Assembly (NCBI GenBank): GCA_030699785.1 | Contig: JAUYLB010000040.1 | Coordinates: 1 to 36,762, forward strand | Source: a bacterium | GTDB lineage: Bacteria; Patescibacteriota; Minisyncoccia; Minisyncoccales; UBA10102 | Length of the DNA: 36,762 nucleotides | Reading direction: 5' to 3' | Shown: one piece after another, positions 27,655 to 34,526 of the stretch | Layout: each line of letters opens with the position of its first letter | How positions within the stretch are numbered: position 1 is the stretch's first letter | Position numbers and translations under genes: made by a program | The notes under the pieces: generated by a model | What the model was told of the DNA's origin: nothing | Database searches by the model: none | The model's input: the letters and a program-made list of their open reading frames with translations, nothing else

Positions 27655-28658
27655 AACATCTTCTCTTTGTGTTTGTGGGGGGAGTTGTTGTGTTTTTGGG
27701 CGGATTTTTATATACAAACACTCCTGCTAACCCTTCATCAGATGGAATACGGGAGGTACATATCCTTTCTGGGATGAAGGGATCTGCCATTGCAAACCTT
27801 TTATACAAAGAAAATCTTATTCGATCTCCTTTTGCTTTTCGTGTCTTCTCTATAGCAATGCGGGTAAACTTTCGCCTTCAGGCTGGAACCTATGACCTGT
27901 CTCCTTCTATGAGTACCGTGGAAATTATACATATGATTGAGCAAGGTACCATTGCCACAGAAACCTTTACTATTCGTGAAGGATGGGGACTGGAGCAGAT
28001 TGCCGACATGCTTGTTGCAAAAAATCTTATCCCAACACAAGAAGACTGGTACAATCTTGTTGGAAAGCCAAGAGCTAATGGGGGAGTGGATTTCTCTCAA
28101 ACATTTTCCGTTTTAAATCACAAACCCCCAGAAGCAAATCTTGAGGGATTTTTGTTTCCTGATACGTACACCATTCCTCGATACTCATCACCCGAATATA
28201 TTCTTGCTCGTATCCTCACAAGAATGCAAGGAAAATATGAGGCAAATATACTGTCAGAATTAGGTGATCGCAACCTGTTTGAAGTGCTTACTATTGCCTC
28301 CTTACTAGAACGAGAAGTAAAAACCACAGACGACAAGCGCATTGTCGCCGGAATCATACAGAATCGGTTACAAGCCGGTATACTCCTGCAAATTGATGCC
28401 ACAATAGCCTATATTACAGGTAAAACAGATTTTCGCACCGCGCCCGAAGATCTGCGCATTGATTCTGCATATAACACATATCGCTATGTCGGCCTGCCAC
28501 CAGGCCCCATTGCAAATCCAGGCATGCAGAGCATATGGGCAGCGCTAAATCACAAAGATACTCCGTATTTCTTCTACCTGTCCACCCAGGAAGGAAAAAC
28601 CATATTCAGCCAAACTTTTGAAGAGCACCGCAAAATGATACAAGAACATCTTAAGTAG
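27651..28658 (+). CDS. mltG: Endolytic murein transglycosylase MltG (YceG family)
   Basis: An N-terminal TM helix is followed by LEGFLFPDTY, ASLLEREV and YNTYRYVGLPPGPIANPG. Confidence 0.9.
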   Translation: MKHLLFVFVGGVVVFLGGFLYTNTPANPSSDGIREVHILSGMKGSAIANLLYKENLIRSPFAFRVFSIAMRVNFRLQAGTYDLSPSMSTVEIIHMIEQGTIATETFTIREGWGLEQIADMLVAKNLIPTQEDWYNLVGKPRANGGVDFSQTFSVLNHKPPEANLEGFLFPDTYTIPRYSSPEYILARILTRMQGKYEANILSELGDRNLFEVLTIASLLEREVKTTDDKRIVAGIIQNRLQAGILLQIDATIAYITGKTDFRTAPEDLRIDSAYNTYRYVGLPPGPIANPGMQSIWAALNHKDTPYFFYLSTQEGKTIFSQTFEEHRKMIQEHLK

Positions 28659-28698
28659 GACTCTTGCCTCTCTCACGGTTAAAGGTAATAATAGAAAA

Positions 28699-29004
28699 AT
28701 GAAAGATTTTTTAACATTTATACGAGAACGAGGGGTTGCAGGGTTTGCAATTGGCTTCATTGTGGGGGGAGCGGTCTCCAAGCTGGTTACTGCGCTTGTT
28801 GTTGATATCATTAACCCCTTGCTGAGTCTTGTTCTTCAAAACACGGGTCAGCTTGCGCAAGCAAAGTTTGTTATTGGAAACGCCGAAATCCTCTGGGGGC
28901 ATTTTCTCATGGCCCTCATTGACTTTCTTATCCTTGCATTTGTTGTATATTTTCTGTTCAAAAAGCTTGGACTTGAACGGCTAGACGCAAAAAAGAAAAC
29001 ATAG
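28699..29004 (+). CDS. mscL: Large-conductance mechanosensitive channel
   Basis: MKDFLTFIRERGVAGFAIGFIVGGAVSKLVTALVVDIINP. Confidence 0.9.
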   Translation: MKDFLTFIRERGVAGFAIGFIVGGAVSKLVTALVVDIINPLLSLVLQNTGQLAQAKFVIGNAEILWGHFLMALIDFLILAFVVYFLFKKLGLERLDAKKKT

Positions 29005-29062
29005 CGAAACTATTTTTGGGGTGTGATCTTTGCAATGCCGTGCCCGTCACAAAAAAGTAAGC

Positions 29063-29100
29063 AGTACAATACTGTATACAATTGTATACAGTATTGTACT
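29063..29100. repeat. Unique 38-bp perfect palindrome
   Basis: AGTACAATACTGTATACAA|TTGTATACAGTATTGTACT, with 19 + 19 nt and no mismatch. Confidence 0.9.
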
Positions 29101-29121
29101 TTGGTAATGAGAATATCTTTA

Positions 29122-29150
29122 CCGGGCAAAAGAATATTGTGCGATTTATG
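29122..29150 (+). repeat. Partial third copy of the G-family 3' motif, abutting the rplJ -35 box
   Basis: CCGGGCAAAAGAATATTGTGCGATTTATG compared with G1 CCGAATCAAGGAAATATTGTGCGACATTATG. Confidence 0.55.
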
Positions 29151-29153
29151 TTC

Positions 29154-29182
29154 TTGACATAGCAAGAGTGAGATGCTAGAAT
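29154..29182 (+). promoter_or_regulatory. Sigma70-type promoter of rplJL
   Basis: TTGACA at 29154-29159, a 17-nt spacer, and TAGAAT at 29177-29182. Confidence 0.6.
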
Positions 29183-29188
29183 GTTTAT

Positions 29189-29345
29189 ATATCCGCAGAC
29201 AGCAGGCACCCCGTAAGACCTGCCGAGGATAAGCTTTATCTGTGTTGGTAAGCTTATATTGTCTGCGAAAGCAGGCTTTTTTGTTTAAAAATCTAGGTCG
29301 CAGTTCTGGGTTATAAGTTATCAGTTGTTCGTTAATAGTTAATGT
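29189..29345 (+). promoter_or_regulatory. Structured rplJ 5' leader, a possible L10-leader-type autoregulatory element
   Basis: Closing stem CGCAGACA (29194-29201) with TGTCTGCG (29260-29267). Inner hairpins GCAGG/CCTGC and ATAAGCT/AGCTTAT. A second GCAGGC (29271-29276) is followed by T6. Confidence 0.45.
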
Positions 29346-29861
29346 ATGCCAAAAACAAAAGCGCAAAAAGAGGGGATTGTAGAGCAAATTCGGGGCCTGT
29401 TAGACAAGAATCCTTCGGCTCTGGCCTTTGTAGATTTTAAGGGGATTCGGGTTAAGGAATTCTCCCGACTTCGCAAAGAATTGCAAGAAAGTGGTGGAAA
29501 GCTCATGGTAGCCAAAAAAACACTCCTTGCAAAGATATTTAAAGAAAAGGGAATACATGTAGATCCGCACATCCTAGAAGGACAGCTTGCGCTTGCGCTG
29601 GCATTTCAGGATCCCATAGAAGTTATAAAGCGCGTACACGAATTTAAAATTGACAAAGAAACCCTTAAAGTTCTTGGAGGATACATGGAAGGGGAGTGGT
29701 ACGCTCCTGAACAGGTACAGGCAATAGCTTCGCTGCCACCACGGCAGGCTCTATTGGCCCGACTGGTTGGCACCATTGCCTCGCCTCTTTCCAATACCAT
29801 TGGTGTCCTACAAGGAACCATCAAAGGTCTGATAACCGTATTAAGTAAAGCAAAAGCATAA
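29346..29861 (+). CDS. rplJ: 50S ribosomal protein L10
   Basis: 171 aa with the typical L10 N-terminus ([12 protein letters not shown] ... [19 protein letters not shown]). It is followed 4 nt later by rplL. Confidence 0.93.
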   Translation: MPKTKAQKEGIVEQIRGLLDKNPSALAFVDFKGIRVKEFSRLRKELQESGGKLMVAKKTLLAKIFKEKGIHVDPHILEGQLALALAFQDPIEVIKRVHEFKIDKETLKVLGGYMEGEWYAPEQVQAIASLPPRQALLARLVGTIASPLSNTIGVLQGTIKGLITVLSKAKA

Positions 29862-29865
29862 CATC

Positions 29866-30297
29866 ATGACAGAAGAAAAAGAAACAACAACCAAAGAGGT
29901 AGTTGAAGTACCGGAAAAGTTTAAAAAGTTGGTTGAAACCGTAGAGCAAATGAGTGTTCTTGACCTTTCCGAACTGGTAAAGGTTCTTGAAAAGAAGTTT
30001 GGCGTTTCGGCAGCAGCCCCTATGGTAGTCGCGGCAGCGCCCGCGGGAGCAGCAGCTCCAGAAGCAGAAGAAGAGAAGAGCGCTTTTGACGTTGAACTCT
30101 CTGCCGTGGGAGACCAGAAAATTGAAGTTATCAAGATTGTGCGCGATGCCACGCAAAAGGGATTAAAAGAAGCAAAAGACCTTGTAGACGCGGCGGTAAC
30201 AGCCCCTCAAATGCTCAAGGAGCAGGCCAAGAAAGAAGATGCCGAAGACCTCAAGAAAAAGCTTGAGGCGGTAGGAGCAAAAGTAACACTCAAGTAA
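29866..30297 (+). CDS. rplL: 50S ribosomal protein L7/L12
   Basis: Ala-rich hinge [23 protein letters not shown] and C-terminal domain [24 protein letters not shown]. Confidence 0.95.
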   Translation: MTEEKETTTKEVVEVPEKFKKLVETVEQMSVLDLSELVKVLEKKFGVSAAAPMVVAAAPAGAAAPEAEEEKSAFDVELSAVGDQKIEVIKIVRDATQKGLKEAKDLVDAAVTAPQMLKEQAKKEDAEDLKKKLEAVGAKVTLK

Positions 30298-30306
30298 ATA
30301 TTTTGT

Positions 30307-30440
30307 ACTACAAAACTCGGGCGAGGGATATGTTTTTGAAACGGCCCTCGGAGCGCGACGGCGCGAGAGCGAGTCAAAAACTCAGTAGAGTTTTATGACG
30401 GTCCGTGGAAAAAATATATCCGAGCAAAGAGTTTTGCAAT
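30307..30440 (+). repeat. ~135-nt hairpin repeat, copy E
   Basis: ACTACAAAACTCGGGCGAGGGATATGTTTTTGAAACGGCCCTCGGAGCGCGACGGCGCGAGAGCGAGTCAAAAACTCAGTAGAGTTTTATGACGGTCCGTGGAAAAAATATATCCGAGCAAAGAGTTTTGCAAT. Confidence 0.92.
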
Positions 30441-30459
30441 GCGTAAAAGATGGTTTTGA

Positions 30460-32346
30460 TTACCGCAGTGAGAGGGCAAAGACTCCCGTTGAGGTAGAGA
30501 ACAGCAGCATAGAGTCCGACAGCAGAGCAATGCTGTTGGCTCTTTTGTTTGGAATCTCAATCTGGCGTATACCTTTTGCATCTTTTTGAGCAATAACCAC
30601 CCTTTCTCCTTCCTGATCTAAAAGAGCAAGGAAAGGAAGATCTCTTTGTGTTTGTATGGCTGATATGAATAGGGGAGGAACAGAAACAATATTCATGTCT
30701 TCCATATACGCGCCACGGTAGTAGCGTTGTAAAAGACTGCCCCCAGTTGCTACCCAGATATTCCCATCAATGGCCATATCTAACGCTCCCACAGGACGAA
30801 AAGCCGATCCCGAATGAAGCCAAGGAGTAGGAAAAGAAAAAGCAGGGTCTTCATAGCGCTGAACATTACCATTTGTTGCATCTAGAATATACAGATAAGA
30901 AAGATACCCCACGATAGAGCTTGGAATAAAGTTAGAGGGAAGTCCAGACTCTCTATTTTTTACCTCTTTTCCCTCTATCCAGTAGAGGCGTCCGTCTTGC
31001 CCCAGAAAAAACCCAATCTCTTCTACAAAGGAAACAGAAATCATGGGGGTGTCTGTTTCAAACACAAAGGGATCTTTTTCTCCCTTTTCCCACGCAAGAA
31101 TATGAGAAGTCGTGGGGGAAATAGCATATACAACACGTTCGTTGGCTGCAATAGAATATGATCCTTCTTTGGGAAAAGAGAAGAGAAGCTCCACGCCCAA
31201 CGGTTTTTCTATGCCCGTTACAATGCGGATACGCTCTTCGGCTAAAGAAAGAAGATTGAGCACGCTTCCACCACTTTCTTTATAGGGCAAGAGAAAGCCT
31301 TTTGCTTCTTGGAGCTTCTTGTACGCTTCCATTTTATTTTCCTGCTCATGATCTTGCAAGGCCAGGTCAATAAGTTCTTCTGCCATGGCAACAGCTTGTC
31401 TTGCCTCTCTTTTTTCTTTGTACCCGTCAACCCATCCAAAAAACAAAGATCCTATAAAAAGAACAACAACAAAAGTAAAGAACAAAGAGAGTGGGTGACG
31501 GTATTCCCGTATTTTTTGGTACCAGCTGTGCTTCTGTACCAAAGACGCTAGTGAAAGATTTGTTCCCTTCTTTTTGTTTCCAAATTTCCACAAAAGAGGT
31601 TTGCGCAACAAGAGAGCAGCTTTAGAGAGCGGAGTTTCGGGAGCCAATGCGTCTTGCACAAACATGGTAGTAAGAGTACCCGGAACACCAGCCACTTCTT
31701 TTCTGCGCTCTTGAAAAATTTCGTGGAGCTGTTTTTCGTTTTGTACAGAAGGAAGCTGTTCTAAAATACCCTGCTTGGTACACTCTTGGTAGAGGTTGTG
31801 AGTTACCACCAGCACTTTGTCTCCGGGTAGCGCGGACCCAGAGACAATACTGCCAAATGACGGCCCCACACCGGATTCTTTTTTAGAAGATTCTACGGTT
31901 TTTTGAATATCAATAAGAGAAGTGCTTCTTGCCATAAGCACCTTTATGTTACCCATTGTAGAGAAACGAAAAGGAGAGCTTGACTGATCTTGGCTTGCCG
32001 TAAACACAAGAACGGCCACGTGCAGGTTGCCAATCCAGTCCACGCTTCCCTTTTTTACCTCTGCTTTAAGGTAGGCATTTCCCGCCCGAAGAGCAAGCTG
32101 AAAAAAGGTTTCTGGCGTTTCTTTTTTCTTTACCTTCTTGCCGGCATTTTTGTAATACTCGTCTCGAACAACATGGGCAAGACGATCCACAAAACGAGAA
32201 TGAGAAGCAAGCGCGCTTGTTACTTCAACAACAAAGTACATGCTCCCCGCGGACTTTTCTTGATCCGTTTTTCCTTCAAAAGAAAAGCTCTTTGATATTC
32301 TATCTTTTGCCCGAGGGTTAAAAAGAAGTTCAACAACTTTTAGCAT
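30460..32346 (-). CDS. Large hypothetical single-pass membrane protein
   Basis: About 628 aa, with the start set at MLKVVELL (32346) because the ORF-track start overlaps tRNA-Val. It has a central TM helix (LSLFFTFVVVLFIGSLFFGWV) and a C-terminal half with repeated beta-strand-like segments. Confidence 0.7.
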   Translation of the reverse strand: MLKVVELLFNPRAKDRISKSFSFEGKTDQEKSAGSMYFVVEVTSALASHSRFVDRLAHVVRDEYYKNAGKKVKKKETPETFFQLALRAGNAYLKAEVKKGSVDWIGNLHVAVLVFTASQDQSSSPFRFSTMGNIKVLMARSTSLIDIQKTVESSKKESGVGPSFGSIVSGSALPGDKVLVVTHNLYQECTKQGILEQLPSVQNEKQLHEIFQERRKEVAGVPGTLTTMFVQDALAPETPLSKAALLLRKPLLWKFGNKKKGTNLSLASLVQKHSWYQKIREYRHPLSLFFTFVVVLFIGSLFFGWVDGYKEKREARQAVAMAEELIDLALQDHEQENKMEAYKKLQEAKGFLLPYKESGGSVLNLLSLAEERIRIVTGIEKPLGVELLFSFPKEGSYSIAANERVVYAISPTTSHILAWEKGEKDPFVFETDTPMISVSFVEEIGFFLGQDGRLYWIEGKEVKNRESGLPSNFIPSSIVGYLSYLYILDATNGNVQRYEDPAFSFPTPWLHSGSAFRPVGALDMAIDGNIWVATGGSLLQRYYRGAYMEDMNIVSVPPLFISAIQTQRDLPFLALLDQEGERVVIAQKDAKGIRQIEIPNKRANSIALLSDSMLLFSTSTGVFALSLR

Positions 32347-32418
32347 AATTCTAGTATACAGAACTTTTAAACATTTGGAAAATATGATACAGATAGAGAA
32401 AGTACATTCCGCCGGCTG

Positions 32419-32490
32419 GGGCACTTAGCTCATCGGTAGAGCGCTTCGTTCACATCGAAGAGGTGACAGGTTCGACACCTGTAGTGCCCA
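32419..32490 (+). tRNA. tRNA-Val (CAC)
   Basis: Acceptor GGGCACT/AGTGCCC, anticodon stem CTTCG/CGAAG with loop TTCACAT, T arm ACAGG-TTCGACA-CCTGT. Confidence 0.9.
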
Positions 32491-32550
32491 CCCCGTTAGA
32501 GTTTGACTCTGTAATGTGCAATAACCCCGCCTTAATGAGATTAAGGTTTT

Positions 32551-32580
32551 ATATAATTCTCACATATGTGAGAATTATAT
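32551..32580. terminator. 30-bp perfect AT-rich palindrome followed by a T-rich run
   Basis: ATATAATTCTCACAT|ATGTGAGAATTATAT followed by TTGTTTTTGTT. It is a possible tRNA-Val terminator. Confidence 0.5.
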
Positions 32581-32650
32581 TTGTTTTTGTTGTCTTAACT
32601 CAATACTGTTTTGTATCGCTCTGACTGCCAATCGGTAGCTGTATCTAAAA

Positions 32651-32688
32651 TTGCGTCAAATTTCAACCATGGTGAGAATTTGACGCAA
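32651..32688. repeat. 38-bp palindrome, family P, copy 2
   Basis: TTGCGTCAAATTTCAACCATGGTGAGAATTTGACGCAA, with 2 mismatches to perfect symmetry and to copy 1. Confidence 0.85.
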
Positions 32689-32811
32689 AAGATTTTCTGA
32701 GACAGTTTTAAGATAACGTGTTGGTTCTTGATGTTTGCCCTTGATGATTCTATTGGGGGCTGTTTTTGTTTGGCTTACATTGCCTGTGCATAACCCTTGC
32801 ATAACGGGTAC

Positions 32812-32841
32812 TTGACGGGGTGCTACGGAGTGGGATATAGT
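32812..32841 (+). promoter_or_regulatory. Putative promoter of the mraZ (dcw) operon
   Basis: TTGACG at 32812-32817, an 18-nt spacer, and TATAGT at 32836-32841. Confidence 0.45.
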
Positions 32842-32876
32842 AATAACCAGATGGAAAAAAGTGGAAAGAAGTGGGA
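32830..32876 (+). promoter_or_regulatory. MraZ-box-like direct repeats (GTGGRA at about 10-nt phasing)
   Basis: GTGGGA at 32830, ATGGAA at 32851, GTGGAA at 32861 and GTGGGA at 32871. The last three are exactly 10 nt apart and lie between the -10 and the mraZ ATG. Confidence 0.55.
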
Positions 32877-32879
32877 AAT

Positions 32880-33308
32880 ATGTACATTGGAGAATACCGA
32901 CACACCATAGATGAAAAACGCCGCCTTTCTGTTCCTTCTAAGTTTCGGAAGGAGTTGGGAAGGGGAGCGGTTATCACAAGAGAGCTAGACAACTGTCTTG
33001 TTATTTTTCCTATGCGTGTATGGGAAGAACGGGCAAAAAAAATTGGCATGCTCTCCGAATCCCGCAAAGAGGCAAGGGGATTTGGACGTATCAAACTTGC
33101 GGGGGCGGCTCTTGTAGAATTCGACAAGCTTGGACGCATTCTGGTACCCAGCCACCTGGCAGAGTACGCGGGGCTGGAAAAAGATGTGGTGGTGGCGGGA
33201 ATCTACAACCGGCTAGAGGTATGGGACTCCAAAAGGTGGGAAAAGTATCAAAAAGAAATGGAAAAGAATATGGAGCAGATGGCTGAAACATTAGGAGAAC
33301 AGATATAG
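32880..33308 (+). CDS. mraZ: Transcriptional regulator MraZ
   Basis: MYIGEYRHTIDEKRRLSVPSKFR and a second SpoVT/AbrB-like half (DKLGRILVPSHL). The ATG at 32880 is preferred over the GTG at 32871. Confidence 0.92.
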   Translation: MYIGEYRHTIDEKRRLSVPSKFRKELGRGAVITRELDNCLVIFPMRVWEERAKKIGMLSESRKEARGFGRIKLAGAALVEFDKLGRILVPSHLAEYAGLEKDVVVAGIYNRLEVWDSKRWEKYQKEMEKNMEQMAETLGEQI

Positions 33309-33310
33309 GC

Positions 33311-34204
33311 ATGCACATTCCCGTTCTTTTACAAGAAGTGTTGGCCCTGCTGGACCCAAAAGAAAACCAGCATGTTATTGACTGCACCGCCGGAGAAGGA
33401 GGACACGCCCTTGCTATTCTTGAAAAAACAGCTCCCAAGGGAAAGGTGCTTGCCATTGATTGGGATACCGAGTCAATCGCCAAACTAAAAAAGAAGATAG
33501 CGAGCGTGCCACAGGCAAAAAATCGAGTTGTGTTTGTAAACGACTCCTACGCGTCTCTTGCCAACATTGTAGAAAAAGAAAAGTTTGGGCCCGTACACGG
33601 TATTCTACTGGACCTTGGCTTCTCTTCTTTTCATTTAGACGAGAGCGCCAGGGGGTTTGCCTTTCGTAAAGAAGAACCCTTGGATATGCGGTACAATCCC
33701 CACAATCCCATGACTGCCGCCAAGCTGTTAAATTACCAGAGCAGGGGAGACCTGGAGTGGATATTTAAAAAGTATGGGGAAGAGAGATACGCGCGCCGTA
33801 TTGTGGAAGAGATTGTGACAACCAGAGCAAAAACTCCCATTGAAAAGACCACACAGCTGGTAGAAATTATTGAACGCTCCACCCCCGCGACATATCGCAA
33901 ACAGCGACTACACGCGGCAACCAGAGTGTTTCAAGCTCTTCGCATAGCGGTAAATAATGAGCTAGAAAATCTTGAGGCCGTTCTACCCCAAGCAAGAGAT
34001 ATTCTGGAACCGGGAGGCAGATTGGCCGTTATCTCGTTTCATTCACTGGAAGATCGCATTGTAAAACACTTCTTTAAAAACGATCTAATTTTGACCCCAC
34101 AAACAAAAAGACCCGTTATGGCAACACAAGAGGAGGTTGATTCAAATCCCAAATCAAGGTCGGCAAAACTTCGAGTGGCGATAAAAACAGCAAACGCAAC
34201 CTAG
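33311..34204 (+). CDS. rsmH: 16S rRNA (cytosine1402-N4)-methyltransferase
   Basis: MHIPVLLQEVL, DCTAGEGGHA, LLDLGFSS and ISFHSLEDRIVK. Confidence 0.95.
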   Translation: MHIPVLLQEVLALLDPKENQHVIDCTAGEGGHALAILEKTAPKGKVLAIDWDTESIAKLKKKIASVPQAKNRVVFVNDSYASLANIVEKEKFGPVHGILLDLGFSSFHLDESARGFAFRKEEPLDMRYNPHNPMTAAKLLNYQSRGDLEWIFKKYGEERYARRIVEEIVTTRAKTPIEKTTQLVEIIERSTPATYRKQRLHAATRVFQALRIAVNNELENLEAVLPQARDILEPGGRLAVISFHSLEDRIVKHFFKNDLILTPQTKRPVMATQEEVDSNPKSRSAKLRVAIKTANAT

Positions 34205-34205
34205 T

Positions 34206-34526
34206 ATGAACACCAAGAACGTATCTGTTTCATTCCGATTTCTTCCCCTAATCACAAAATTGGGCATGGTCGCGCTATGTGGAAGCATTTTACTATACGT
34301 CTTTCAGGTAAGTTTTTTAACCCAGCAGGCGTATCACATTTCTTCCTTGGAGCGCGACATTGCCAAAACACAGGAACATCTTAAAACCCTGTATGTTTCA
34401 AATACAAAAAGTCTCTCCCATACAGAACTCCAGGAAATGGCAGAGCAACGCCAGTTCACACGCGCCGAACGCATTGTCTACTTGCGCCTCTCAGACAGCA
34501 CAGTTGCGCAGGCGCTCCAACAGTAA
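34206..34526 (+). CDS. FtsL-like small bitopic cell-division protein
   Basis: 106 aa with one TM helix followed by a coiled-coil-like segment. The call rests on its conserved position between rsmH and ftsI. Confidence 0.6.
   Translation: MNTKNVSVSFRFLPLITKLGMVALCGSILLYVFQVSFLTQQAYHISSLERDIAKTQEHLKTLYVSNTKSLSHTELQEMAEQRQFTRAERIVYLRLSDSTVAQALQQ

Noticed and set aside
32347-32424. N-terminal extension of the 30460..32424 (-) ORF.
   Set aside because: It overlaps tRNA-Val on the opposite strand. The internal ATG at 32346 (MLKVVELL) avoids the overlap.
32750-33483. Antisense or alternative-frame ORFs 32750..33139 (-), 33020..33286 (+) and 33091..33483 (-) over mraZ/rsmH.
   Set aside because: They overlap confidently identified mraZ and rsmH, are rich in Arg/Pro/Gly as is typical of off-frame translation, and match no known motif.
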